From: an uncultured Alphaproteobacteria bacterium
Lineage (GTDB): Bacteria > Pseudomonadota > Alphaproteobacteria > Rs-D84
Direction: 5' to 3'
Assembly (NCBI GenBank): GCA_944392815.1
Contig: CALXXY010000002.1
Span: 64,001-128,000, forward strand
DNA: 64,000 nt
Made by a program: the position numbers and the translations under genes. Positions 27,556 through 38,013 of this stretch are shown in pieces (position 1 is the stretch's first letter; each line of letters opens with the position of its first letter). The notes under the pieces were generated by a model. It did not search any database, was not told the origin of the DNA, and worked only from the letters and a program-made list of their open reading frames with translations.

Positions 27556-27597
27556 AAACGGCTGCATGTGCATAAATTCCTGCACATACAGCCGTTT
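27556..27597. repeat. Intergenic copy of the TATGTGCA palindromic element (probably also a terminator)
   Basis: AAACGGCTG-CATGTGCA-taaattcc-TGCACATA-CAGCCGTTT. Confidence 0.75.
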
Positions 27598-27605
27598 GAA
27601 ACAAT

Positions 27606-28904
27606 CTATTTTTTCAAATATGATGCGGGATTATATGCCTTGGTTCCCTTGCGAATTTCAAAGTGCAATTGCGGTTCGTCAACCTTGCCCGTTTCACCAA
27701 CAGTACCAATTTTCTGACCTACGCTAACCTTGGCCCCGCGACGTACAGTCATGGAATCCAAATGCGCATACACAGTCATCCAACCGCCCGAATGCTGGAT
27801 AATAATCAAATTTCCCATACCTTTGACCTCGTTCCCGGCATAGGCCACAACCCCATTTTCCGCCGCACCCACGGCCGTGCCACGCGCCGCGGCAATATTA
27901 ATACCATCGTTAAACAACCCGTCACCCTTGGCACCATACGCGGACAGTATTTTCCCCTGAACAGGCCACGAAAACTTGGACGACGACCGCGCACTGATGG
28001 TCGGCAATTTTTTCGTTGGATCCGATGAAATCTTTTGTTTAACGGGTCCAGTCGCCGCACCACTGGCCGTGGTTGTTGCGCCCGTTGTGACGGTACTGCG
28101 CACCGGCGCAGAATCCAGGTTTGGAACCTTTAATTTCTGGCCAACAGACAATGTAAACGGCGCGGTCAAATTATTCATAACCGCCAAATCATTCACAGGC
28201 ACCGAATATTTACGCGACAATGAATACAATGTATCACCCGCCGCAACGGTTATTTCCTGTAATGCGACGCGGGTGGTTGTGGTTGCCCGCGCAGGCACCG
28301 ATATCGTTTGCACGACTGGGGCCTCTTTCTGAACAGGCACACGCAATTTTTGCCCGACCGCCAACGTATACGGCGCGACCAGATTATTTTCACGAATTAA
28401 TTCATCAACCGTCGTGCCATACATCTGGGCCAACGAATACAAAGTATCACCCGCCGCCACAGTTATTTCAGACGTTGACGCCACCATTTGGGTTCCGCCA
28501 TACATTGGCACATGCAGGTATTCATTCCCTGCGTCCGCCACCGCCACATCACCGGACACAATCGGAGCCCCTGTATCCACAGACACACTGTGCGTCGGCA
28601 CATCGCCATACATCACCGTCGCAGACGGCGGCACAATATAATCATTAACACTGGCGTATTCGACATAACTTGCATCATCAACCGAACCGTATAAATTCGG
28701 CGACGCATACACACCATAGTCAGTCGAAGCAGCATTATAAATTTCTGGTTGGGTTTCCGGATCTGCCAATAATGCCGGATATCGCGACGAAATAAATTCA
28801 CCCACAGTATCAGGCAACGCCAAAATTTTTGGTTGCAAATCACACGCTGTCACAACCAGCGCACACACCCCAGCAAGATATAAATTGAATTTTTTCACAC
28901 GCAC
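27606..28904 (-). CDS. LysM x2 + M23 domain lipoprotein (NlpD/DipM-like)
   Basis: Lipobox VTA-C; two GDTLYSL LysM repeats; FSWPVQG, NDGINI, YAHL, PQLHFEIR. Confidence 0.9.
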   Translation of the reverse strand: MRVKKFNLYLAGVCALVVTACDLQPKILALPDTVGEFISSRYPALLADPETQPEIYNAASTDYGVYASPNLYGSVDDASYVEYASVNDYIVPPSATVMYGDVPTHSVSVDTGAPIVSGDVAVADAGNEYLHVPMYGGTQMVASTSEITVAAGDTLYSLAQMYGTTVDELIRENNLVAPYTLAVGQKLRVPVQKEAPVVQTISVPARATTTTRVALQEITVAAGDTLYSLSRKYSVPVNDLAVMNNLTAPFTLSVGQKLKVPNLDSAPVRSTVTTGATTTASGAATGPVKQKISSDPTKKLPTISARSSSKFSWPVQGKILSAYGAKGDGLFNDGINIAAARGTAVGAAENGVVAYAGNEVKGMGNLIIIQHSGGWMTVYAHLDSMTVRRGAKVSVGQKIGTVGETGKVDEPQLHFEIRKGTKAYNPASYLKK

Positions 28905-28930
28905 ATTATATCATAAAACAAAAACAAATT

Positions 28931-29656
28931 TTATTTATTTTCGTCATCGTGCATAAATAAAATACTTATTTCGAACAAAGCCCACATTGGCAACGCCAAC
29001 AATATTTGCGACACCACATCTGGCGGCGTTAAAATCGCGGCCACAGTCACTATCAACACGATAATATATCTGCGCATTTTTACTGCACGTGCCCGCGACA
29101 AAATCCCCACCCTGTTCAGCAACACCAACACCAAAGGCAATTGGAATGCGATTCCGAATACTTTCAACATACCAATTGAAAACGCCAAATAATCCGTTGC
29201 GGCCGGCAACAAAACCGATGGCACAGGCGAATTTTGATTCAGTTCGATAAAAAATCCGAACACAAACGGAAACAAAATATAAAATGCAAACGCGGCCCCC
29301 AACAAAAACAATATTGGCGACGCAATCAAAATCGGCCACATAATATTACGTTCACGCCTGTGCAGGCCGGGCGCAACATATCGCCATATCTGCCACAGCG
29401 CAAACGGTGTTGTAATAAATATCCCAAACAACACAGACAACGAAAAACGAATCATTAACCCATCGGCCAACCCGGTATACAGCAACGCCCCGTCCGGCCA
29501 AACATGCAACAACGGTCCTGCTAATAATTCCTGTAAATATGGGGACACATACCACCCCGCGCACAACGCCACAATAAACACCAGCAACGTCCACAATATG
29601 CGTCCGCGCAATTCAGCAAAATGTTGCCCCATGGTCATACGGGTGACACGTTTCAT
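28931..29656 (-). CDS. tatC: Twin-arginine translocase TatC
   Basis: HFAELRGR, YVAPGL, FQLP, AAILTPPDVVSQ. Confidence 0.95.
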   Translation of the reverse strand: MKRVTRMTMGQHFAELRGRILWTLLVFIVALCAGWYVSPYLQELLAGPLLHVWPDGALLYTGLADGLMIRFSLSVLFGIFITTPFALWQIWRYVAPGLHRRERNIMWPILIASPILFLLGAAFAFYILFPFVFGFFIELNQNSPVPSVLLPAATDYLAFSIGMLKVFGIAFQLPLVLVLLNRVGILSRARAVKMRRYIIVLIVTVAAILTPPDVVSQILLALPMWALFEISILFMHDDENK

Positions 29657-29988
29657 TTTTTTGCCCCCCGCGATTTTTTAACAGGCGCCCGTTTACGTGT
29701 AATTACGCGCGAAGGCGCACTTTTGCCTTGCCGTGCATTTTTCAGCGGTTCTGATATACCGTCCAGCATATCTGTGGTGGTGGTACGAATTAAATCATCA
29801 ATTGGTTTTTCCAAATCTATTTGATGCCGAATTTGTTCAGACGCATCAGTGATTTTCCACATCATTTTGCGTACAAACGTGACGACATTGGCCAAAAATC
29901 TGGCAACATCAGGCCACATTCGCGCGGGTATCACCAACACGCCAACCAATAAAATCACCAAAAATTCAGGCCAACTGATTCCAAACAT
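29653..29988 (-). CDS. tatB: Twin-arginine translocase TatB
   Basis: MFGISWPEFLVI...P..WPDVAR; directly upstream of tatC. Confidence 0.8.
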   Translation of the reverse strand: MFGISWPEFLVILLVGVLVIPARMWPDVARFLANVVTFVRKMMWKITDASEQIRHQIDLEKPIDDLIRTTTTDMLDGISEPLKNARQGKSAPSRVITRKRAPVKKSRGAKK

Positions 29989-29990
29989 AT

Positions 29991-30608
29991 TTAATCATAA
30001 AATGCGTCGCCACCACTGGTACTGACTGTTCTGTGACGTTGAATTTGAAAATAATCGGACGCGAAATTTGTTTTGGGTGTCAAATCATAAAACGCAACAT
30101 TTGTTTGTGCCCCCGTTGCATCAATCACAGTCCACGAATTTAATTTCACAGGCGATTTATCAAACACAACCGTCATATTTCCCAATCCCTCTTGGCCCCG
30201 CAGATTCATTTTCAACGAAAACGTTTTATCCATATCCGCGGTTTCAATAACGTTAATATCTGCATTTTCCAAATCGATATTTTCACGAATTAATATCCCG
30301 GCCGGTGTACTGGTTAACGGCACAGTCGTAATTTGATCCAACGATTTATCAAAAAAATACAAATCACTGCCGTCTGCAATTAATTGCACAGGCATATCAT
30401 CATAATCCAACCGCACACGCCCAGGCCGCAGCATAGAAAACGTTCCGCGATTTTGTTTGCCATTTGCATTTTGCACAAACGTACCATTTAACCCAGTAAT
30501 CGAATTCAAATAATTTTCAGCCGACGCCACCAATCCCCCGTCCACAGCGGCATGCGCCACACCGCACACACACAAACACATGATAAAAGACAATATACGT
30601 TTTATCAT
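29991..30608 (-). CDS. lolA: Outer membrane lipoprotein carrier LolA
   Basis: Signal peptide; GTFSMLRPGRVRLDY, IADG, PLTSTPA. Confidence 0.85.
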   Translation of the reverse strand: MIKRILSFIMCLCVCGVAHAAVDGGLVASAENYLNSITGLNGTFVQNANGKQNRGTFSMLRPGRVRLDYDDMPVQLIADGSDLYFFDKSLDQITTVPLTSTPAGILIRENIDLENADINVIETADMDKTFSLKMNLRGQEGLGNMTVVFDKSPVKLNSWTVIDATGAQTNVAFYDLTPKTNFASDYFQIQRHRTVSTSGGDAFYD

Positions 30609-31561
30609 TTTAATCTCTCCCTGAATAATTCCAAAACGTGCGCGCGCACGCGTTCAATATTATCATGCACAATTGCGCCCGCGGCGAACGCATGCCCCCC
30701 GCCCCCCAACGCAGCCGCGATATCGTCCACAGGTCCCGCCTTGCTGCGCAAAGAAACACCGGTTTGATTTTCCTTTTGCCGCTTTAATAAAACAATATAT
30801 TCGACGCCCTTTATCTGGGCCAACAACGACAGTATTATTTCACCCCGCCCGTCCAGATATTTGTATTCTGTGGCCTCGACAGTGGCCAACGCCAACCGCC
30901 CACGATAAAAAAATTCGGTACGTGATGTAATTGCTGCCTCGGTCAATACTGACTTGCGCGGTTTGTTATTTAATAAATTGGAAATGCGTTCTATGTCGAC
31001 GCCGGCATCAACCAACTGTGCCATTATGCGCAGCGGCGCGCCACGACGTGCATATTTAAAATACCCGGTATCAGTTAAAATCGATAACGCAATTAAATCA
31101 TTCACATCAGAATTTCGCGACCAATTTAATTTTTTCGCAATATTAAAAATTATTTCCCCAGTCGCGGCGGCCGACACATCATTCAAACACAAATCCCCAA
31201 CAGTGTCGTCATTTTTGTGGTGATCAATTTCTATAACATACTTGGCGGCATTTAATGCCGGCATTATTCCGCCCAAATGATTTTTATTCCCATAATCCAA
31301 CACGAACACCAGGTCAAATTTCTGATTCAAATCCACATGTGCAAAATAATGCATCTGATTTCGCAACGGCACGTTATCCAGCATATCGGGCATATTTCCA
31401 TCATACACACACAACACATCGCGCCCCAAATTAACGCGAATCAATTCGCCCAACGCCAGTACAGAACACAACGAATCGCCATCTGGGTTTTTATGCCCAG
31501 CAATTAAAATATTTTTTGCGCCCCGCAATTTTTTGACCAAAATATCCAGTTTATTTTCCAA
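30605..31561 (-). CDS. nrnA: DHH/DHHA1 phosphoesterase (NrnA-like)
   Basis: HKNPDGDS, IDHH, TDTG.F, SLRS, GGGGHAFAAG. Confidence 0.88.
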   Translation of the reverse strand: MENKLDILVKKLRGAKNILIAGHKNPDGDSLCSVLALGELIRVNLGRDVLCVYDGNMPDMLDNVPLRNQMHYFAHVDLNQKFDLVFVLDYGNKNHLGGIMPALNAAKYVIEIDHHKNDDTVGDLCLNDVSAAATGEIIFNIAKKLNWSRNSDVNDLIALSILTDTGYFKYARRGAPLRIMAQLVDAGVDIERISNLLNNKPRKSVLTEAAITSRTEFFYRGRLALATVEATEYKYLDGRGEIILSLLAQIKGVEYIVLLKRQKENQTGVSLRSKAGPVDDIAAALGGGGHAFAAGAIVHDNIERVRAHVLELFRERLK

Positions 31562-31575
31562 TTTCTATATTTTTG

Positions 31576-33339
31576 CTATACAGCAATATCCTCTATAAAA
31601 AACTGTGCACTGACATGCCCGTTAAAATCGTTTTCTTTTAATTTACCCAACATCATTATTTTAGTGTTTGTATGCGCGTCGTCCAGCAAAAAATCGCCGA
31701 CGGGCGTCCCGACTAAATTAAATCCAACAAATGCCAATTGTGTACCGGCACTGGTCATCACAGACCCACGCAAATGCGCGCCATGCCCCATGGTTGTGGC
31801 GAAACGCAACGTCGCCCCATGCAATATTAATGTGGGTTCAGGATTGCCCTGGCCAAACGGTTCCAGTCCATTTAATTTGTTGATTAATTTTAACGTTGCC
31901 CCACCCGCGTCCATTTCTGCATCGGCAACAATTTCCTTGTGCGGGATAACGCCGTTCAATTGTGCACGCACGGCCTGTTCCAAAAATTCACAAAAACGCG
32001 ATTCTTTTTCCGCGCTTAATGAAAATCCAGCCGCAGCCGCATGGCCGCCACCCTCGGATATAATTCCGGCGGCCAATGCGTCATGTATAATTTTTCCCAA
32101 ATCGACACCCTGAATGGAACGACCCGAACCGTTAATCATGCCATCGGCACGCGTCGCCACACATGACGGCAAATTATATTTATCCTTTAACCGGCCGGCA
32201 ATAATTCCCATAACGCCACCATGCCAGTTATCGCCACACACGAACAAACTGCAATGCCCAGCCGCACAGCAACGTTCAGCCATATCACCCGCCGACAACA
32301 TAATGGCATTTTGAATATCTATGCGTTCCTGATTCATCTGGTGCAATTTTTGCGCCAAATCATTTGCAATTAATGGATTATCTGTCAACAGCAATTCCAA
32401 CGCAGGCGCCGCCGAATCCAACCGCCCCGCCGCATTCAACCGTGGTCCAATTGCAAACCCCGCGGCGTATACAGACGGCTTTTTAATCCCGGCCACGTCC
32501 ATCAATGTCCGCAACCCCAGATTTTTACGCATACCCAACACGCGCAGTCCCGTTGCAACAAACGCGCGATTTAATCCCACCAGCGGCATAGTGTCGCATA
32601 TGGTGCCCAACGCAACAAAATCCAAATAATCCATCAAATCAGTATCTGCAACGCGTTTGGCCATATCAGGCGACAAATCGCGTCCCCGCAATTCACGCCG
32701 CACCGCAACCAGCGTTAAAAACGCCACCCCAACCCCGGCCAAATACGACAACCCCGACGTATCATCAACACGCTTTGGATTTACAACCGCGTCCGCCGCC
32801 GGCAACACAGCGTCCGGTGAATGATGGTCCGTCACAACAATCCGCAACCCACGTGCGGTGGCGTGCGCAACCTCGGCCACGCCGCTGATACCACAATCAA
32901 CTGTTATGATTAATTTTGCACCACTGTCTGCAATTTCATCAACAGCCCCGATGTTTAATCCGTACCCTTCGCCTTCACGCGTAGGCAGGTGCCAAATAAC
33001 GTCCACCCCCAGCGCACGCAAATATTTCACAAAAATCGCGGTTGATGTAATTCCATCAACGTCATAGTCACCATAAATCGCAATTTTTTCATGCGCCAAA
33101 ATACTGTCTGTAATTATTTTTGCGGCCACGTCCATATCACGCAACACAGACGGATTAGGCATATATTCACGAATACTGGGGTTCAAAAACTTTTCCATCG
33201 CGGCCATATCAGTAATCCCGCGACTGATTAAAATTTTCTGTAATAAATTATCTGCCTGACTGGGGCCTTCTTCTTCACCTGGATACGTCGTCACCGTCCA
33301 TACTTGCCCCAGTATGGACTTGTCTACTACTTTTCTCAC
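31576..33339 (-). CDS. recJ: ssDNA exonuclease RecJ
   Basis: YGDYDVDG, TVDCG, TDHH, PRLNAAGRL, GSGRS, GGHAAAAG, EPFGQGNPEP. Confidence 0.96.
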   Translation of the reverse strand: MRKVVDKSILGQVWTVTTYPGEEEGPSQADNLLQKILISRGITDMAAMEKFLNPSIREYMPNPSVLRDMDVAAKIITDSILAHEKIAIYGDYDVDGITSTAIFVKYLRALGVDVIWHLPTREGEGYGLNIGAVDEIADSGAKLIITVDCGISGVAEVAHATARGLRIVVTDHHSPDAVLPAADAVVNPKRVDDTSGLSYLAGVGVAFLTLVAVRRELRGRDLSPDMAKRVADTDLMDYLDFVALGTICDTMPLVGLNRAFVATGLRVLGMRKNLGLRTLMDVAGIKKPSVYAAGFAIGPRLNAAGRLDSAAPALELLLTDNPLIANDLAQKLHQMNQERIDIQNAIMLSAGDMAERCCAAGHCSLFVCGDNWHGGVMGIIAGRLKDKYNLPSCVATRADGMINGSGRSIQGVDLGKIIHDALAAGIISEGGGHAAAAGFSLSAEKESRFCEFLEQAVRAQLNGVIPHKEIVADAEMDAGGATLKLINKLNGLEPFGQGNPEPTLILHGATLRFATTMGHGAHLRGSVMTSAGTQLAFVGFNLVGTPVGDFLLDDAHTNTKIMMLGKLKENDFNGHVSAQFFIEDIAV

Positions 33340-33381
33340 ACTATACTCTTTTTTTATTATCAGAATGATTATAATCGAAAA

Positions 33382-34995
33382 TTATTCAAATAGCAACGGC
33401 AGTATCCCATCAAGAATTTTTCCCGTTGTCGGCACAGCATTCCATGCCGCCGTACGCAGCCCGAATGATTCAGGCGTCCCATTCGGCTCGTCCAAAACAA
33501 CCAAAATTGTATATTGTGGCGCAGACACAGGAAAAATTCCTGCGAACGCAGTTAAATTCTTTTTTCTGTTTCCATATTTTTCAGCGGTTGCAGTTTTTCC
33601 ACCAATTTGAATACCCGCCACACGCGCCTGTTTACCGCTGGTTTCCTCGGCAATATGGAACATAATATTACGCAGACGCGCGGAAATTTCATCTGACAAT
33701 ACGCGTTGCCCCTGCACAGGCCCCACCCCACGTTTTAATATTGTCGGATAAATATAAATTCCACCATTTGTCATCGCATTCACGGCCAACAGCAAATGCA
33801 TTGGCGTCACAGAAATACCATGCCCAAACGATACCGTCGCCCGTTCCACAGGCCCCCATTTTGCCGGCAACAGCGGACGTTCTGTGGAACCAAAATCCAA
33901 ATCCAATGGTTCATCAAAATGCAACCGTTCAAAAAATTCCTGTTGCGTACCATCTGGTAAATCCAACGCGATTTGCGCACTGCCCGCATTGCACGAATGC
34001 AACATAATTTCTTCTATGGTTAAATTCGGACGTGGCGGTTTAAAACTGCGCACATCACTGATTCGTTTAACCACGCGCCCAAATTTATCAGTAATCGGGA
34101 ATGGTTCGGCCACATAGTATTCTTTGTCTATGCCGTTTTCCATGGCCATGGCCGTATTAAATATTTTAAATATCGACCCCATTTCAAACACCCCGCGCAT
34201 AGGCATAAACATGCGATTGGACGCCGGATCCAAATTAATATTTTCCGGATCGAAATCGGGCAAAGACACCATTGCAATAATTTCACCGGTACGCGAATTC
34301 ATCAACATACCCATGGCGGCGCGCGCCTGATATTTCTGCATAGCGATACTTAATTGATCATAAAACACGGCCTGGATACGCGCGTCCAGTGACAATTGCA
34401 ACGGGTCAGTATTTTCACGCAAATAATCGTCATAAATACGTTCGACACCCTCCAGTCCATAACCGTCGCGCCCAACAAATCCAACAATGTGCGAAAACAG
34501 CCGGCGTTTCGGATATCTGCGTTTTTGTTCTGCCTCGATTTCCAGCCCAACCAAATCCGCGTCTTCGACAATGGCACGCTGCGCGTCCGACGCATATTTT
34601 TTTACATATATAAATTTACGTGATGAATTCACCAAATCCAACGCCTGGGCCAAAGTATATTCATACGGCAAAATCTGGTGTATAACCTGGGCCACAGCAT
34701 CGCGATTTTTCACATATGGTGGGCGCAAAATAATATGCCCAGACATAATATTTTTCGCCAATATATCGCCATTTCTGTCGACTATATCGGCACGTTGCAC
34801 AACCCACGCCCCGTCAGCCCCGGCACGGCGCGCCCTGTCGGTGCCCTCTATGCCCAACGCCAAAGTGCGCAATATAAACACAACAAACGCAGCAACGAAA
34901 ACATAATAAACCCAGCGCATACGTCTGTGGCCTTCGCGGTCATTGGACGCGCTGTAAAAACCGTGTTTAAAAATATCCCGACCTATTTCGAACAT
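33382..34995 (-). CDS. ftsI: Class B penicillin-binding protein FtsI
   Basis: RADIVDRNG, RRYP, GxEGxE, SIFK (SxxK), SCN (SxN), KTAT; follows an ftsL-like gene. Confidence 0.9.
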   Translation of the reverse strand: MFEIGRDIFKHGFYSASNDREGHRRMRWVYYVFVAAFVVFILRTLALGIEGTDRARRAGADGAWVVQRADIVDRNGDILAKNIMSGHIILRPPYVKNRDAVAQVIHQILPYEYTLAQALDLVNSSRKFIYVKKYASDAQRAIVEDADLVGLEIEAEQKRRYPKRRLFSHIVGFVGRDGYGLEGVERIYDDYLRENTDPLQLSLDARIQAVFYDQLSIAMQKYQARAAMGMLMNSRTGEIIAMVSLPDFDPENINLDPASNRMFMPMRGVFEMGSIFKIFNTAMAMENGIDKEYYVAEPFPITDKFGRVVKRISDVRSFKPPRPNLTIEEIMLHSCNAGSAQIALDLPDGTQQEFFERLHFDEPLDLDFGSTERPLLPAKWGPVERATVSFGHGISVTPMHLLLAVNAMTNGGIYIYPTILKRGVGPVQGQRVLSDEISARLRNIMFHIAEETSGKQARVAGIQIGGKTATAEKYGNRKKNLTAFAGIFPVSAPQYTILVVLDEPNGTPESFGLRTAAWNAVPTTGKILDGILPLLFE

Positions 34996-35298
34996 TTATT
35001 TTTGTAGTTGTTCCCCGCGCAGCGGCAAATCTGACACAGACACATTTTTATGAAAACCAATAACCTCGGACTCAGGATACACACTGGTGACCATATTGCG
35101 CAAAATTTCAGGCCGCACATACGACGCAAAATCCGCCTGGGCCACGGCAATATCCTGTTGCGTTTGCACAATTTCACTGCGCACACGATTGCGCAATTTG
35201 CTTTGCGTGCGATAACACACCTGCAACACAGCCGACAACATCAGCATCAGGCAAATCGCCCACAACCCGATATACCACATTTTTTTTGATTCGCCCAT
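34996..35298 (-). CDS. ftsL: Cell division protein FtsL-like
   Basis: Short cytoplasmic tail, TM, coiled coil, A.F..Y.RPE.L; abuts ftsI. Confidence 0.7.
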   Translation of the reverse strand: MGESKKMWYIGLWAICLMLMLSAVLQVCYRTQSKLRNRVRSEIVQTQQDIAVAQADFASYVRPEILRNMVTSVYPESEVIGFHKNVSVSDLPLRGEQLQK

Positions 35299-35332
35299 TT
35301 TCCCACGCCCTGTTATTCAAATATTAATATTA

Positions 35333-35695
35333 TCATAAATTCTGTAAAAAACTAATCATAGAATTCACACCACCCAAACGCCCGGTCCCCAGATTTAAAT
35401 CCAGCGACGCAAATTCACTGTGTAAATCCATTTCACGAATCTGTTGCGGGGATTTTCCATCAACCATTGCGACCATAATCGCCACTATGCCACGCACCAA
35501 CGCCGAATCGGCCCGTCCATAAAAACGATTACCATCGCGGCAAATTTCCGCGCGTGACGCACAGCCCACAATTTCGCTGCATACAGCGCTGTCCGGCACA
35601 GACGGCATTTGCGCCCCAAAATCCATAACCATTTCCAGTTTCTGCACAGGGTCGTCCACCATCATCAACATATTTTTCATATCAGTATATGTCAT
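35333..35695 (-). CDS. sufE: SufE sulfur acceptor
   Basis: IVGCASRA, ADSALVRGI, R..G..SM. Confidence 0.88.
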   Translation of the reverse strand: MTYTDMKNMLMMVDDPVQKLEMVMDFGAQMPSVPDSAVCSEIVGCASRAEICRDGNRFYGRADSALVRGIVAIMVAMVDGKSPQQIREMDLHSEFASLDLNLGTGRLGGVNSMISFLQNL

Positions 35696-35698
35696 ACG

Positions 35699-36016
35699 TC
35701 ACCACCCCTGTTCAGTCAAATCCAATTCCAACCGCGCCGCGTCCGACATACGCGACAAATCCCATGGCGGATCCCACACCAATTCAATATGAACATCGCG
35801 CCCACCCGACACCGCCGCCACAGAATCATGTACCTGTTGCAATAAATCTTCCATCATGGGGCACGTCGGACTGGTAAAAGTCATTTTAATATCCACAGAT
35901 TTTTCACCAATGCCAATATCATAAATCAAACCCAAATCCCAAATATTTACTGGGATTTCAGGGTCATATACGGAACGCAAAACCTCGATAATATTTTCTT
36001 TTGTTAATGCCATCAT
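35699..36016 (-). CDS. sufT: MIP18/SufT (DUF59) Fe-S maturation factor
   Basis: VYDPEIPVNIWDLGLIY, TSPTCP, VWDPPW..RMSDAAR. Confidence 0.9.
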   Translation of the reverse strand: MMALTKENIIEVLRSVYDPEIPVNIWDLGLIYDIGIGEKSVDIKMTFTSPTCPMMEDLLQQVHDSVAAVSGGRDVHIELVWDPPWDLSRMSDAARLELDLTEQGW

Positions 36017-36018
36017 TT

Positions 36019-37158
36019 TTATTTTACCACACTTTCTATTATATCAGCGGCGCGCATTACGTCATTCATTGTGTTCATTGACCCCACAGAAATACGTGCA
36101 GTCCCCGCCACCCCCAACGCCCTGTGAATCCAACTGGCACACATATTACCGACACGCAAACACAACCCACGCGCACCAACCAACGCCCCAAAATCCAGTA
36201 TATGCATGCCATCAACATAAAATGTCAACAACGTCGCGTCCCGTGGTGTAATAATCTTTATCCGCGGATTTTTGGATAATCTGTCATATAAATATTTTAT
36301 CAAATCCAAATTTGGCCGATTCGCAGACAAATAATCAATCGCCGCCGGCAAACCAATAATTTGAGTTAACGGTAATGTTCCCGCCTCGAACTTGGCCGGC
36401 GCGCTTTCCCATTGGAACATAACATTATGTTCAACCGCACTGCCCGTTATTTTTGAAATCATTCCACCACCAAACTTGTCTGGCGACACCCATCGTTCAG
36501 GATTTTTCATATACATAATTCCCAAACCAGTATCAGCCCCAATTTTATGTGCAGAAAAACACATAAAATCACAATCCCATTTTTGAACATCAATTTCGTT
36601 ATGCACAACATATTGCGCGGCATCAACCACAGTTATAACATCTGGATTTTTTTTACGCGCCGCGGCAATCAATCCCGCAACATCTTGGGCCATGCCCATA
36701 ACATTTGACATAGCGGTAATAACAAACACATCTGCGCATGGCAAATCAGAACACATTAAATTGTATTTGTCGTCCATTGGACATAAAACAATCTTGCACA
36801 AATCAGAATCATATAACAATTCGAACGGCAAACGCGCACTGTGATGATCCAAATCGGACACCATCACAGTTTTATTTTTTATCCCCGTCCCACACACACA
36901 ATCATTTATTATATGCACAATTCTGTTCATACCATCAGTTGTCCCAGACGTAAACACAATCTGATCCGGCCGTGCATTTATAAACCGGGCAACGCGTTCG
37001 CGCGCATTTGCGACCATATCATCTACATTACTGGCGCGCGCACAAATGCCCCGCCCTGCATTCGCATAATTGTGGCGCAAAAAATCGCATTCAGCCGCAA
37101 TCACAGATTCGGATTTCAACGCACTGGCCGCACTGTCTAAGTATATGATATTATTCAT
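36019..37158 (-). CDS. sufS: Cysteine desulfurase SufS
   Basis: YLDSAAS, FTSGTT, DAAQ, SAHK (PLP Lys), FEAGT, RVGNMCA; start moved to ATG 37158. Confidence 0.9.
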   Translation of the reverse strand: MNNIIYLDSAASALKSESVIAAECDFLRHNYANAGRGICARASNVDDMVANARERVARFINARPDQIVFTSGTTDGMNRIVHIINDCVCGTGIKNKTVMVSDLDHHSARLPFELLYDSDLCKIVLCPMDDKYNLMCSDLPCADVFVITAMSNVMGMAQDVAGLIAAARKKNPDVITVVDAAQYVVHNEIDVQKWDCDFMCFSAHKIGADTGLGIMYMKNPERWVSPDKFGGGMISKITGSAVEHNVMFQWESAPAKFEAGTLPLTQIIGLPAAIDYLSANRPNLDLIKYLYDRLSKNPRIKIITPRDATLLTFYVDGMHILDFGALVGARGLCLRVGNMCASWIHRALGVAGTARISVGSMNTMNDVMRAADIIESVVK

Positions 37159-37231
37159 TTTATGATTTCCCTTGCATTTTGTGGGGATTATAATACACTC
37201 CTGTGAAATATCAACAAGGAAGGAGTAAAAG

Positions 37232-37552
37232 ATGGCTTTGGAACACGCAAATGACGCAACATTTGAATCCATGACCGGGTCTGGTATTGCGCTGGTTGAT
37301 TTCTGGGCACCTTGGTGCGGTCCGTGCCGTATGTTTGGGCCTATCTTTGAATCAGTGTCTGAAAAATTTCCAGATGTAAAATTCATAAAATTCGAAATTG
37401 ACGAATCAAATCGACGTACACCGGCAAAATTCGGAATCCGTGGCATTCCCAGCGTACTGGCATTTCGCAACGGCGAATTAATCGAGGCCCGTTCCGGCCT
37501 TATGGACGAAGAAACACTTTCGGATTGGATACGTGAACTAAAAGGATCCTGA
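37232..37552 (+). CDS. trxA: Thioredoxin
   Basis: DFWAPWCGPC, IRGIP. Confidence 0.96.
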   Translation: MALEHANDATFESMTGSGIALVDFWAPWCGPCRMFGPIFESVSEKFPDVKFIKFEIDESNRRTPAKFGIRGIPSVLAFRNGELIEARSGLMDEETLSDWIRELKGS

Positions 37553-37554
37553 AA

Positions 37555-37980
37555 ATGGCAGAAAATTACAAGAATATTGAATTACCACCAAAATACACAC
37601 CGAAAAAATCGGAACCATATATGTGCCCACAACAATTGGCATATTTCTATCAATTGCTGTCCGCACAAAAAGAAGAATTACTGCACGATTCCGCCGCGAC
37701 ATTGAATGCCGTTCGCATGGCGGATCAAACGGACGCAGGCGGCGTTGGTGACGAATCGGATAATGCCGCATTTGAACAGGAAATCACCATGAACCTGCGC
37801 ATGTCCGAACGTGATAATAACTTGCTGAAAAAAATCAACGCAGCATTGGAACGCATTGAAAACGGCACATATGGATACAGCGTCGTATCTGGCGAAGAAA
37901 TTGGCCTGAATCGTATGTTGGCACGCCCATTGGCCACAATGACGGTTGACGAACAGGAAGAATACGAAAAACGTAAATAA
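37555..37980 (+). CDS. dksA: RNA polymerase-binding factor DksA
   Basis: EPYM...QL.YF, DESDNA coiled-coil tip, KINAALERIENGTYGY, ARP.AT. Confidence 0.9.
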   Translation: MAENYKNIELPPKYTPKKSEPYMCPQQLAYFYQLLSAQKEELLHDSAATLNAVRMADQTDAGGVGDESDNAAFEQEITMNLRMSERDNNLLKKINAALERIENGTYGYSVVSGEEIGLNRMLARPLATMTVDEQEEYEKRK

Positions 37981-38013
37981 AACGCGCGCCATTTCGGCGC
38001 GCCGTTTTTATTA

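Noticed and set aside
27395-27605. Integrative element at tRNA-Lys or tRNA-Phe
   Set aside because: No integrase and no duplicated tRNA 3' end seen in the window.
27606-28904. Degenerate M23 active site as a novelty
   Set aside because: Loss of zinc ligands is the known state of NlpD/DipM amidase activators; the internal DNA similarity is just the two LysM domains.
36019-37470. 483-aa SufS overlapping trxA, and similar long starts at 13985, 47717 and 5864
   Set aside because: Extensions overlap divergent genes or promoters; downstream ATGs fit family N-termini or RBS positions.
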